Source: Nitrososphaerales archaeon | Lineage (GTDB): Archaea > Thermoproteota > Nitrososphaeria > Nitrososphaerales > UBA213 | Direction: 5' to 3' | DNA length: 64,000 nt | Assembly (NCBI GenBank): GCA_965197925.1 | Contig: CBDAOC010000020.1 | Coordinates: 480,001 to 544,000, forward strand | Part shown: piece by piece, positions 35,222 through 47,180 of the stretch | Numbering within the stretch: position 1 is the stretch's first letter | Layout: every line of letters begins with the position of its first letter | Translations under genes and position numbers: made by a program | The notes under the pieces: model-generated | The model's input: only the letters and a program-made list of their open reading frames with translations | Database searches by the model: none | What the model was told of the DNA's origin: nothing

Positions 35222-36382
35222 TGAGGCTTGGGCGTAATTTAGTTCGAAACGATAAGATCAGGTTCTAGTTTTTATTGTTGATATGTTTAGCTCAGACTCC
35301 ATACTTCTTCGTATATTATTTTTGATTGACGTGATTCCTTGGTCAAAACCTAATAGGAAAAGGGGTAGACCATTCTACTATTCTCCTACAGTAATGGTGA
35401 GATGCTTCATCGTTAGAGTATGGGTAAGAATACCAAGCAACAATGCTTTGCATGAATACTTTTCGATAGACATGCCATACAACAGGAAGGTAATGGGGTA
35501 TGTGGTTTGGATAGGTTGCCAGACAGAAGAACATTCGACAGAAGGTTCAAGGCCATCAATTGACATAAGATCAAGGATAGATGTTATGGGTATGCTCTTC
35601 ATAAAAGATGGGTTGGTAGACTTGCGGGATAAGGCCCTGGATAAAGGGCAAACTTGGGATGGGTATGCTCTTCATAAAAGATGGGTTGGTAGACCCAGCC
35701 ATAGTATCCGTTGACAGTTCCTTGTTGAAGGCAAAGGGACATGTATGGCACAAATCTAGCATGAAGAAGAATGAAGTGCCACGCTCCGGTATAGATACAG
35801 ATGCTCGATGGGGCTACAGCAGAACCAAGGGATGGGTATTCGGATACAAGATGCATCTAGCATGTAGCACAGGTTCATTGATAGTTCCATTATCAGCTGA
35901 TTTCACAACAGCTAACATTACTGATAACAAGATGTATGAAAGCATAACATCTTCATTGCCTACAGGAATGGTAAGGTATGTTGTAGGAGATGAAGGATAT
36001 GATGATCACAAGTTATGTGATTTCAGCAGGTATAGAGGGCATCCAGTATTCCCATTGGAAAGGTACAAGCATACTACAGATAATAGACTGGCATTGCTGC
36101 AGTTCTATAACTCTGAATATGGACAGCATGTATATTCTCGGAAGAGCATAAGCGTTGAGCCATTGATAGAGCATATGAAGGATGTATTTACCATAGATCC
36201 ATTGCCAGTTAGAGGGTTCGATAAAGCTAGGAGCATCGTTCTGATTTCTATATTGCTATACCAGCTGATGGTATACTACAACTACTTGACAGGAAGACCA
36301 TTAAGGGCATTGAAGTATATGTTGGGAAGCTAATAGTAATAATTTCAAAATAATATTATAATTGAATTATGCCCAAGTCTCA
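35222..36382 (+). mobile_element. IS family A copy 3, both TIRs present, transposase frameshifted, carries 73 bp insert
   Basis: TIRs tgaggcttgggcgtaatt / aattatgcccaagtctca; ORFs 35283-35714 and 35659-36333. Confidence 0.92.
35586..35694 (+). repeat. 36-37-36 repeat-spacer-repeat inside transposase (copy 3)
   Basis: atgggtatgctcttcataaaagatgggttggtagac at 35586-35621 and 35659-35694, flanking ttgcgggataaggccctggataaagggcaaacttggg. Confidence 0.92.
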
Positions 36383-36753
36383 GTTAATTAGTGGTTATGT
36401 TAATGGAGCCTTTGGATAATTGCGGCTAATCCTTTAAGGGTTCTGTCTACTTGGATGAGAATACTATATTCAGTTGAGTTATGAACACGTTTCTTGATAA
36501 GTGTATGATTTTGTGTTTTCAATGTTGTTCTGGTGCATATAACATCCAGACTGGTCGGGATTTAGTATAGAGAGCTGATATTCACGGTAATTATTTACAA
36601 TAACAATCGATTAACTGTCTTTGTGATATAGTTTCTGTGAAGCCCCAATATATACAATAATTTATCAATATATTTATTGAAGAAGGATTATTATTACTTA
36701 CAATACAATTATCAAAAATAAAACTGAGCAAGAATTTTGATGAAATTTATAGT

Positions 36754-38232
36754 GTGAAAGATGAAATTCCTGTGTTTAGAAATTTCATAGGGGGAAAATG
36801 GGTTGAGTGTAGCTCCAAAAAATTTATCAATGTTAGGAGTCCTATTGATAATAGTATCATAGCATATGTTCCTGATTGCATTGAGAAGGATGTTGACTTG
36901 GCTGTCACTTCAGCGTACAATGCGAGGCAAACGATAAGGGATGTGCCTGGCATTGAAAGGTTAGAATTTCTTGAAGAGGTAGGGAAGATACTTGCAAAAC
37001 ATGAAGAAGATTTTATCAACACAATAATGCTTGAGGCTGGAAAGCCTAGGAAGGACGCCGAAGGCGAAGTAAAGGCATCGACTGAAAGGATATTACTCGC
37101 AAAGGAAGAAGCCAGTAGAATATTTGGTGAATACCTGCCTGGTGACTGGAGCCCAGATACTATTGGTAAGATTGCACTAGTGATCAGGGAGCCCTTGGTG
37201 TTATTGCTACTATCTCACCATTCAACTATCCACTCTTCATAGGCCTGGCAAAGATTGTACCTGCAATACTTGCTGGCAATACCGTGGTATCGAAACCACC
37301 AAGTGCAGATCCATTGGCATTAACGCTACTTGCTAGAATAATGGAGGATGCTGGTATACCTGAAGGAGTGTTCAACGTGGTTACAGGTTCTGGTGGAACT
37401 GTCGGCAATGCTCTGGTTTCTGACGAAAGAATTTCAATGGTCAACTTTACTGGCAGTACAGAGACAGGTAAGAGTATCTCAAGTAAAGCGGTACTGAAGA
37501 AACTTCACCTTGAACTTGGAGGAAAGGGTATGGTAATAGTACTCGATGATGCGGATCTTGAACTTGCGGCAAAGAGTTATGTTGATGGTGCACTAAAGAA
37601 CGCTGGGCAACGATGCGATGCAGTAAGTGCAGTTTTGGTGCAGGAAGGTGTAGCAGATCACTTTGTTAACAAGGTGTTGAAGCATGCAGATTCGTGGAAA
37701 GTTGGAGATCCTAGAGGTGAAGGAATCAAAATGGGTCCTTTGATCAGCGAGGAGGCCAGTATGTATGTTGAAGAACTCGTTAAAGATGCTGTAAAAAAAG
37801 GTGCAATAGTGCTGAAGGGAGGAAAAAGGAAAGGCAATTATTTTGAACCAACTGTATTGGACAAAGTTTAATTAAAGTCTAGGATAGCATGGGAAGAAAC
37901 TTTTGGTCCGGTTGTCACTATTGTTAGGATAAAGAGCGAAGACGAGGCGATAGATATTGGACAAAAGTCCAACTATGGTCTTAACTCCTGTATGTTCTCA
38001 AGTAACTTCTATCGTATGTGGAAGATAGCAAAAAGGTTACAGATTGGGGAGATAACTATAAACGATCTACCTAGACATGGAGTTGGTTACTTCCCGTTTG
38101 GTGGTGTGATATTCCGGGCGTGGAAGGGAGGGAATAGGCCATAGCATTAAAGAAATGACTACGCTTAAGACTATAGTATTCAATTTGGAACCCTGGCAGT
38201 TAGGAAAACCCAAGAAGATTGTAAAGGGTTAA
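36754..38232 (+). pseudogene. GAPN-like aldehyde dehydrogenase, disrupted
   Basis: GEYLPGDW..REPL, FTGS, LELGGKG, GQRCDA, EETFGP; frameshifts near 37200 and 38110, in-frame TAA at 37869. Confidence 0.85.
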
Positions 38233-38569
38233 CATGTTCTCTCATAAAGTAGAATGTTGTTATAACCAAAACCTATAATATTTTCATAAACTTCTCTTAA
38301 CTAATCAGATATCTGTTGTTATGAAGGAACTGGAATATCCTAGCTCATATTCTCATATTGAACGTATTGACACATGTGACCATATAACCACATCTTAAGC
38401 AGATTCGTTCTACACCCACAGTCGTTAAAATGTATATTATTTTGCTATAACGCCAATTGTTGTTTTAACTAGAACTTGCGATCACCCTTTTTCTCAGGTA
38501 AATTATAGATTATTGTTTATCCCAAGACAATTGTTAGCAAGAGCTTCAATTGAATTCCATATTCATAAT

Positions 38570-38645
38570 ATTCTTGGTACATAATCATTCTTGGTACATA
38601 ATCATTCTTGGTACATAATCATTCTTGGTACATAATCATTCTTGG
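38570..38645. repeat. 17-bp tandem repeat (attcttggtacataatc) x ~4.5
   Basis: Head-to-tail identical units, no spacers. Confidence 0.95.
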
Positions 38646-38876
38646 AAAACAACATTAAATGCGTTAAATGCATCTAAACCCACTGTGGATTCAAATTCCA
38701 ACGAGCCCACCTCACCCAAATGAATTTCACTACATCAAGGTCTACTAATGGTAGCCAATAGAGAACTGTATTACCCTTCAGTTTCTAAAGACATCGATCA
38801 TTAGAAAAGATTAAAAATTGTGGGAATTGGTACAAAAATAAAGTTTATAATCCTGACAAATTAATTTATAACTTCA

Positions 38877-39377
38877 ATGAAAATTTCTGTGAGAATGTTA
38901 AAAGCATTGAATGAACAAATTTCAATGGAAGCTTATGCTTCAAACTACTATTTGTCAGTGGCATCGTGGTGTGAGGCAATCGGCTACGAAGGTTCGGCCG
39001 GTTTCTTTTTTAGACAGATAGATGAAGAAAGACAACACATGCTAAAGGTCATTCATTATTTAACTGGAATTGGAATAAATCCTGTAATACCTTCAGTAGA
39101 ACAGCCGCCAAAAACATTCAACTCACTGGAAGCTGCGTGTAAGACTGCTTTAAAGAATGAAGAAGCAGTTACAAAATCTATCTATAATATGGTAGAATTC
39201 GCACAAGAAGAAAAAGATTACAATACTTATAGTTTTCTTCAATGGTTTGTTGACGAACAAATGGAAGAAGAAAAATCATTTGGAGCCATATTGCACAAGT
39301 TTGATTTGATTGGAAGAGACAAATATGCAATTAATGAAATTGACAAGGCTTTGATGAACTTGAAAAGTATAACTTAA
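38877..39377 (+). CDS. Non-heme ferritin
   Basis: LNEQISME..Y, EERQH, FLQWFVDEQMEEE ferroxidase motifs. Confidence 0.92.
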   Translation: MKISVRMLKALNEQISMEAYASNYYLSVASWCEAIGYEGSAGFFFRQIDEERQHMLKVIHYLTGIGINPVIPSVEQPPKTFNSLEAACKTALKNEEAVTKSIYNMVEFAQEEKDYNTYSFLQWFVDEQMEEEKSFGAILHKFDLIGRDKYAINEIDKALMNLKSIT

Positions 39378-39649
39378 GACGGTAACCAATACATCCTAGA
39401 CCATTTTCTGGATTATAAGTTCTACTTTGGTATTATAGGATAATATTATTGCGGTTCGTTTAAGATGTTATAACCAAACTTGGCACTCACTGTATATTGG
39501 TAGAGGGGTATAGTTGGAATTCTTAAAAGAGAGGGGATTAAATTACCAATAGGTAGGAATCCATACAACCTTTGATTGCAGATACTGCCTTCCCCTTCCG
39601 GTGAAAGATCATTATAGAACTCTATGCACCTTCCTGATAAGGTGAGAAA

Positions 39650-39821
39650 TTAAAATCCTAACCGACCAGCTCCAATTATAACAAGACCAACGGCAAGAAA
39701 AGTAAGATCGAGTCCGTAGCCTCTTCTCCCAATCAAATTTGAGGCTTATTATTCATGAAAATGACTCCAAATATAATCATTGACAGTAAGAAAGCTGGTA
39801 GTCTTGAAAAAACAACATTCA
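39650..39821 (-). pseudogene. DoxX-family C-terminal remnant
   Basis: GYGLDLTFLAVGLVIIGAGR resembles GWEFDLVML..AGPGK of 60251-60685. Confidence 0.4.
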
Positions 39822-39882
39822 TGATTAGAATTTTTTTATCGAACTCATAATTAGTAGATAAAGGGATACTTTTTTCAAATTA

Positions 39883-42228
39883 TTACTCCGTTGAGATATT
39901 CACAACCTTTGTAAATAGAAATTTCTTTTTCCATATAAGAACCACTACCATAGCTACAGAATATGCTGTAACCCCTGAGATCATTGACCATGATAGTCCG
40001 TACATGATTCCAATTATAGTAGCTAATACTGCTCCAAACACCGAGAACCCACCATTTATAGACCACATCCATGGAACATTTGTTGGCATCTGAGTTTTCA
40101 CAATACGAATTCCTGTTGGGAACGGCATTCCAAGGATGAAGCCCAATGAAGAAAGCATTATTACACTAACAGATATGCGAACCATAATCGATTCAGGCAA
40201 GATAGCTGAGATTATTGATTCCATCTTCCATGTATAGAAAAGTATTAACGCTGCGATTCCACTAATAACATAAAATAAATTTCTAGCAGTTAATTGTTTC
40301 ATTATTCTTGTGCTAGCTAAGCTTCCAAAACCTCCAGAAAGTAGTAATGTAAACAATAATACTGCGAGTGTATACGTCGGGTTACCTATAAGTAAGATTA
40401 GCTTTTGTAAAAGCGCTACTTCAATGAGCATAAAGCCAATGCCTAACGAAGCAAAATATGGAATAATATACAAAATATTTTTGCCCTGCCTCATTTTTTT
40501 AGGCGACATTTTGAACATTGGAACAAAAACAAATACCGTTACAATCGCAATACTAGCGTATAGAAGTTGTACCAGAATTTCCGGTAATGGTTTTTCAAAA
40601 GTAAGAAAGTAAGGACTGTCATCTGTTACAGGATGGACTCTATATTCGAAGAGAGAGTAGAAGTTTTCAAGTGTTATATCACCATTGAATAATTTGTCAT
40701 AAGGTTCTGACATAACGCGATTTGGAAGGAGTATTGGTTTGTAACCATTCGTTACGAATGAGTTTGATAAGAAATCTAGTTGTGATTCTGAAAAAGGTTC
40801 TTTGCTGAAAATAACTACCGTTATACTCGGATCTTCTGTGATAGATGTGTCTGTAACAATCACTAGATGTCTATATGATTCTTCGACGGGGATATCGTTA
40901 TCCTCAAGTAGTTGCACAAACGTGGAGACTAGTCTAGGAGAATCTATTAACCATCTAACTACGACTATGATACCGTTATCGCTAAGATGATCGTAATACT
41001 CTTGAAATCCTTCCATCGTGTAAAGATAGTTTTCCGAAAGACTCAATCCTCCAGAGGATACAGATGCCCAAGTATCGACAAATGGTATGTATATAACATC
41101 GAATCTTTGATTTAATCTAGTTACAAAGCTCCTTCCTTCATCGATATGAGCGTCAACATAAGGATGCTTGTAAACATTCCCAACCTTGGAACCATATTGG
41201 TCAACTGTATTGAAAATAATTGGGTTGATCTCAACAGAAGTTACGTCCTTGCTACCACTTGCTATTGCGGCTACGACATCCCTTCCCCCTCCAGAACCTA
41301 TAACAAGAACTTTAGGATCGTCATCTAGCCTAAAAGGCAGATATTGCATCCAAGTTGTTAATTCTTTTCTACTATTGGGATTTCCATCCCACAAAATAAC
41401 ATTCATTCCTGCTCCTCCATCTATGAACATTTTGGCAGCCAGTCCCTGATCACCATCACTACCTTCAACCACATCTATTCTAGAGAAGGAATTCCACTCG
41501 GTTTTTACAATCTTCGCTTCAGGATGTTGTTCCAAATATATTGGAAGATCCTTTTGTGAAGTTGAATGAGTATGAATGGAGAATAAATCAGTTGAATTAT
41601 TGACTACAACAAGTGAACAAGCAAATATTACAAATACGCCACTAACAATAATCATTCTTCTACTTTTGGACACGAAAGCGAATATAACACCCGCCACCGT
41701 GGCAACTAGTCCCACCAGTAGAGTGGTACTTTCGCCACCAAACAAAATCAATGAAGCAATCACTACAAGAGAACCAAATGAGGCTCCAAGTAGGTCTGCA
41801 AAGTATAACTTGCTAGCTATATGTGCAAACGTGTTAAATGATGTGGAGATAACTAGACCAATGAAGAAGAAGGGTATGGCGGAAAGAACCAAGAATGTTG
41901 ATACGTACTGCACTTGAGATGAAAGAGCCCGCATCACAAGCAAAATTATAGGTATGGACACAGCAATTGAAATCGAAGCCAGTATTGACAATTTGGTTGC
42001 CCATCTTCGATAAGAATATTTGGTAAAATGCAGGAACAAACCTGAAGAGCCCAGTCCTAATAGTGCCACCGAAACAGCGAGAAATGCATGGTGATACCAT
42101 ATAATACCGGAGAAAATCCTTGTGATAGAAATTTCAAGAATCAATCCTGAGAGGGAGACAAGAAATACAGCCGTTAAAACTAATCTCCGACTTGCTTCGA
42201 ACATGTCTTCTATTATCTGCTCATTCAT
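39883..42228 (-). CDS. Multi-TM SAM-dependent methyltransferase/spermidine-synthase-like membrane protein
   Basis: LYFADLLGA, WNSFSRI, VLVIGSGGG, VEINP, ENYLYT, GMPFPTG, WSING motifs. Confidence 0.85.
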   Translation of the reverse strand: MNEQIIEDMFEASRRLVLTAVFLVSLSGLILEISITRIFSGIIWYHHAFLAVSVALLGLGSSGLFLHFTKYSYRRWATKLSILASISIAVSIPIILLVMRALSSQVQYVSTFLVLSAIPFFFIGLVISTSFNTFAHIASKLYFADLLGASFGSLVVIASLILFGGESTTLLVGLVATVAGVIFAFVSKSRRMIIVSGVFVIFACSLVVVNNSTDLFSIHTHSTSQKDLPIYLEQHPEAKIVKTEWNSFSRIDVVEGSDGDQGLAAKMFIDGGAGMNVILWDGNPNSRKELTTWMQYLPFRLDDDPKVLVIGSGGGRDVVAAIASGSKDVTSVEINPIIFNTVDQYGSKVGNVYKHPYVDAHIDEGRSFVTRLNQRFDVIYIPFVDTWASVSSGGLSLSENYLYTMEGFQEYYDHLSDNGIIVVVRWLIDSPRLVSTFVQLLEDNDIPVEESYRHLVIVTDTSITEDPSITVVIFSKEPFSESQLDFLSNSFVTNGYKPILLPNRVMSEPYDKLFNGDITLENFYSLFEYRVHPVTDDSPYFLTFEKPLPEILVQLLYASIAIVTVFVFVPMFKMSPKKMRQGKNILYIIPYFASLGIGFMLIEVALLQKLILLIGNPTYTLAVLLFTLLLSGGFGSLASTRIMKQLTARNLFYVISGIAALILFYTWKMESIISAILPESIMVRISVSVIMLSSLGFILGMPFPTGIRIVKTQMPTNVPWMWSINGGFSVFGAVLATIIGIMYGLSWSMISGVTAYSVAMVVVLIWKKKFLFTKVVNISTE

Positions 42229-42273
42229 TTCTTATCCTGTGAAATGCATTTGTTATTAAGTGTTAGATTATTG

Positions 42274-43236
42274 GGCTTTGTAGAAACCATAGATTTTAGC
42301 CCGTTGTATATCGAATTGCACCATTAGATCAATGTGTTACATGCTATGCATGCTTATGCATGAAAGAATCGCGATACGCCAAACTTGCAAAAACAATACT
42401 TGATGTCTTGATATAGGCTAGAATCCCGCTGTACATGCACAGGAAGAGCAGCCATATCAATAAGGTATGACAACATATCATCTTACTAGCAGTTAGGCAG
42501 TATGAAGGGAAGAGCTATTGAGGGTTTGTGGAATGCCTGCATGAAGCATATTATCTAAGAATGGTTATGCAGTTGGACAAGGTGCTGCATTATACAACGC
42601 TTCAGGTATTTACTTCAAGATTCAAATGGTATCTACTGTACAGAATAGTATCTTCATTCATACTCCTTACCAAGATTAGAAAATTGTTGGTAGGAATAGA
42701 TGCTTCTGGATTCAGGTCGAGCAACGCATCGTCATACTATACGGATAGAACAGGAATAAGGAAGAAGTACATCAAGCTATCGATGGGTGCTGAATTAAGA
42801 GAGCAAATAGCATGTTCATTGAAGATCAGGCGTGCTCCTAAGCATGATACTGTAGATTTCAAACCCATTATGGAAAGAGCATCAAACATAATGCCATTAT
42901 CTATCGTTGTAGCAGACAAGGGCTATGATAGCGAAGCAAATCATGAATTTGTAAGAGAAGAACTTGATGCTGTTAGTATCATACCAGCTAGATATGAAGA
43001 TGTTCCAGTATGGAGAACACATGGAAGATACAGAAAGCAAATGAAGAGGAGATTCTACAAACAACTTTACTATCAGAGGAATAAGAATGAGACAATACTG
43101 TCTGTGGTAAAGAGAATGTTTGGTGAGTATATAACATCAAGACTGGTGAAGATGCAGAATAGGGAACTGATGTTCAGAGTGATAGCCTACAACATGCATA
43201 GATTGACTGTATTTATGGTATGGTTTCTACAGAGCC
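42274..43236 (+). mobile_element. IS5-family ISH1-like element with 8-bp TSD; transposase frameshifted
   Basis: TIRs ggctttgtagaaacca / tggtttctacagagcc; TSD gattattg at 42266-42273 and 43237-43244; IDASG, ADKGYD, YYQRNKNET motifs. Confidence 0.92.
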
Positions 43237-43790
43237 GATTATTGTTACAAATCCTAAATGGAATACAGTACAGCAATATAATAAATTCTCTTGTTGTTTT
43301 GAGATCAGGTAACAGATCTCCATTTACAATTTATCTACTGAGCTTGGAATTATCTATTAGTATTCAAAAACCTGTTTGGAATTTAAAAATACACAAAGGG
43401 TGAAACAGAAATAATCATAATCTTGTATGGTGGTGCAAATCAATTGTTATTACATGATGAATCCAATAGAACATACTTTAATCTCTACACATTCATTTAA
43501 TTGTTGTATCAATGTATCTAATAATTTATAGTTGGGTTTCTCCACCTCCGTGACCAGAAGGAATGAGTGCCTTTTCAAAGAATGAAAAGTAAAAACTATA
43601 AATCTTATTGTTTTTCAATCCTAATACTGAACTCCGCTCTATAACGATTTAGGGAACCAATCCCCTACTACCTTCCTCCCACTAGATCTTCAACCAATAT
43701 ATTCAATTGCATTTCTGGGGCAATTTGGTTTGAAAAGATATCATAATGGTTAAAGATACAGGTAGTCAATTTTAGTATGAAAGACAATTC

Positions 43791-44180
43791 TCAAGGATTA
43801 GTAATCTTCACCAATATAGTATTATCAGTAATCGCCGTTTCTATTTTGGCTCCCAATGACTTGTAAACATTTTTGGAGAGTTCGGACAAAAACAGAGACC
43901 ACTTTATACCCATATCATGCTGGACCACAATTTTATACTCATCGTCTCGTACATTCATTGTATACGGAAAACCCGCAGCTCTTATCCAGGACTCATATAC
44001 CTCAATGGCTTTTTGGACAGTGAATTCAGCCCTAAGGAGCAATATAGTTTCTTTAGGGACGCTTATACTCTCTTTGGCAAATTTAATGACTTCATCATCA
44101 TCAAGCCTATTCATTAAGGAAGTTATCAGGCCTTTAGCGATAGGGACCTGTCCAGCTTTTGCCGCATCGGCATGCCAGTC
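43791..44180 (-). pseudogene. Thaumarchaeal-type hypothetical regulator (QHDMGxxWS family), N-terminally truncated
   Basis: Paralogous to 46629-47147; lacks the N-terminal RHH-like part. Confidence 0.55.
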
Positions 44181-44680
44181 TAGTGTTCTTGGAGTATTTG
44201 GCTTACTAGGGTGTTTAAGCTCATATGCTTTCTCTTTGATTCATCACTTAAACCACGAAAAGTGTTGTTTCCTATCCTGAATGTTATACTTCTATTCTCA
44301 CTTTTCATATTTCACTCCCATTGATCAACGAATTTTTTCTCAAATATTCAATCAATTACCAATTGATTAAGTAATCTTGTTCAATAATAATCCTACACTT
44401 TAGTGAATTCAGAAAAACTTGAAAGGTTACTTTAATTGTTAAACAAATTGGATCAACTTTTTTGTTAGATATTTTATCTTATTATCTAGTACAAAAATCA
44501 GACACCGGAACAAGTTACGGAAGAGATCGAAAATGGTTCTTCAGGTATGAACTCAGACTCTAGAATTCAATACTAATCATGGTGTGGTTAGGCACTGCTA
44601 TAATTTGGTGACTGGTTTATATATTATATTTGTCGAATGAAGATGTATGAAAGATTCAAGACGACACAATTATCAAAAAA

Positions 44681-45091
44681 ATGGATGTGTTAGTAGTCGT
44701 CATTCAACTATTAGGAGGTTCCAATAATTTGGAGAGTAGTTACATGAAACGAACAGATAGTAACCCGTTACATATGGAATTTGAGTTTCTACCAACTTTA
44801 GTTAAGACGGGAACATGGGAAGCATGGACATGGAATCAGTTGGGTCAGGAAATAAAGAGCCGGAGCCGTGATTCACTTTTAAAAGCTATAAACAGCGTAG
44901 ATGGTTACCTTGTAAGTCGTTTATTAGGTTTTGATAGTGTCTATATCTCTGCTATAGATAATGTATTATCGGATTTAAATGAGGCAACAGGACCAGTATC
45001 CATTAGAGACTATAGGACCCAAGAAGTGTTAATTACTTTACTGCAATATGTGGATGCACCAATGGACGATGTGAGAATAAATGATGAGTGA
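44681..45091 (+). CDS. Hypothetical protein
   Basis: 136 aa ORF, no recognised motif. Confidence 0.4.
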   Translation: MDVLVVVIQLLGGSNNLESSYMKRTDSNPLHMEFEFLPTLVKTGTWEAWTWNQLGQEIKSRSRDSLLKAINSVDGYLVSRLLGFDSVYISAIDNVLSDLNEATGPVSIRDYRTQEVLITLLQYVDAPMDDVRINDE

Positions 45092-45095
45092 GATT

Positions 45096-45325
45096 ATGGG
45101 AGGGCAGAAAAAAGGATTGTTTGATCCGTTTTTAGTTATTTGGAGGTATTGAGAGGAGGTCCATGTACTAAAATTACCTTGGTTGGGAAATTTAATTCGG
45201 ACAAAAGCTTAACGGAGTATATGAGGATGACTCAGACATTAAATCTCATTGCCTTTGATTCTAAAGTTTATAGGATAACTGGTAAAGGTTTGGATTTTCT
45301 AGAAGAATATGGAAAGTTAAAGTGA
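45096..45325 (+). pseudogene. Small archaeal winged-HTH protein, degenerate
   Basis: YRITGKGLDFLEEY wing motif. Confidence 0.5.
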
Positions 45326-45541
45326 ACATATTGGACGCAGGTGCTTCGTAATGAATTCAAAAATGTAAGGAAGTGTAAAGGACCAAATTTTACGTTAGAA
45401 TGCATAGAATTTATTGACAGGATAAGAATCGCCCCTAATTTTGAACCCTTAGACTAGATTCTACATACATAAAAGTTCAACCGTGGAATTTTGTATCATT
45501 CTGAAAGTATTTTCTTGTTTGCACGATATAATTTAATGCAT

Positions 45542-46450
45542 TTAGTGAACAGGTCTTTTAAGCTCAATTTCCGCTCCGAGTGATAGGAATGAATTGCTTT
45601 TGAACAACTTTTCCAATACTTCCACTGTATCTACAAATGACTTTTTCTTTGGTGTGATAACCTTAGTACCATTCTCCTTGATTGTATAGTTTGCTCTACC
45701 TCCAACAATTATCGGTGTTGTAAATCTAGAGTTAATCTTTGCAACAAGCCTTTGAGTTGCCCTACGATTTTCGATTAGCGTTATTGATAAGAAAATCACG
45801 TCGGGTCTTATCTCTTCTATGGATCTGATTATCGAATCATTAGGTAACGAGGGTGAAAAGTGAAAAATCAAAAATCCTGTATCCCTTTTTCGACAAAACT
45901 GTTCCTAACATTCTGCATCCCAGATTATGTAATTCCCCAAAAGGTGTACAGATTAGCACCTTCTCCTTATCACCTCTTCTCTCTATACTATCTCCTATCG
46001 ACTTTATTAGTATGGTTGTAATATTGTTACATACTTGAGCTGTAGCAATATCAATTTCATTATTTGCTAAAAGCTCCCCCACTCTAACCATCGAGGGTGT
46101 TACAATTTTGTCGTAAAAGTAGGTCAATTTTTGAACGCCAAAATTCTTTTCATACATGCTAACTAGCCCATCAACGTTCCCAGATACCAAATGGTTAAGA
46201 AACTTTTCCCGTATTCTTATTAAGGTAATCTCATTTTCTGGTAAATATTCTGAATACTCTGTATACATGTATGAAGAAACATTTGGGTAATTCCGATACT
46301 CCTCTGGAACATCATCAATTTTTATATTAGATGCTCTCCCGAGGTATTTTATAGTCTCTTGCCTTGACGTCCTATTCTTCCCATCCCATACACTTCTTAC
46401 AAGATAAGCATACTTTATCCCTTGACCTTCTTCTTTCTAATGTAGACCAA
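45542..46450 (-). pseudogene. Cobalamin-binding-domain regulator, frameshifted
   Basis: N-terminal VYIRKKKV..YAYLVRSVWD..ETIKYLG; ICTPFGELHNLG (B12 His motif), LSIT, IVGG; two frameshifts. Confidence 0.75.
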
Positions 46451-46628
46451 GCCCGTTCTATAATTTTTGATAAAATACATAAACAGTATGAATTTTATGC
46501 AATAGCAATCTAATAATAATTGAAAAATTACAATCTTAAGAGGAATGACTATGCACGAATTTTAATGCATTGCAATCATATATCTAAAAATAGAAAATCT
46601 ATTATTATATAACACTTAGCTCCCAATT

Positions 46629-47180
46629 ATGATTATGAGGAATGGTAATGGAAGCAAGGCCAATGAAAGTGTGACATTTCGGCTTGGGAAGGACATGCTG
46701 GAAGTAGTTCGCCTAGAAAGTCAGCAAAAACGGATAAACCTGAACACCTTGGCAGGTCAAGTATTTGACCAATATGTAGGTTGGCATATGAAGGCTGCTG
46801 AAGCAGGAATGGTATCCTTTCCTAAGGAACTTTTGACCTTGATTATGGATAAGTTGAAAGAAGAGGATGTGGTAAAGATCGCAAGATACATTGGCGACCA
46901 ACGATCTAAAGAGATAATAATGATGCTTAGACAGCAATTTGATCTGGGTTCCGTTGTTGATGTTCTAGAATTTTGGTTGAAAGCATCAGGCATTCCTTAT
47001 AATTTACAAACCAGTTCTAGTGAATATAGATATATGTTACAACACGATATGGGGAGAAACTGGTCTATTTGCATCAAAGAAGCCTGGAAGGTCATCTTTG
47101 AAAATGTGGGGGTGAAAAAATCTGAGTTCGAAATATCAGATAACTGAATTCTTGTCAAAATTGCTATTAATAAAGAGTAA
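46629..47180 (+). CDS. RHH-like + QHDMGxxWS family hypothetical regulator (probable premature TGA at 47145)
   Basis: ESVTFRL..INLNTL N-terminus; frame continues ILVKI after the stop, as in the paralog. Confidence 0.6.

Noticed and set aside
35586..35694. Annotating the 36-37-36 unit as a bona fide CRISPR array
   Set aside because: The repeat is transposase coding sequence present once in copy 1. There are only two repeats, no leader and no cas genes in the window. Kept as a finding only.
38570..38645. Possible CRISPR array
   Set aside because: Units are head-to-tail with no unique spacers.
43237..43403. C-terminal extension of the 291-aa transposase ORF as an extra domain
   Set aside because: It is read-through beyond the TIR and TSD into flanking DNA.
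19794..47147. Alternative genetic code explaining the in-frame stops
   Set aside because: All three stop codons terminate intact genes, and the same broken genes often also carry frameshifts.
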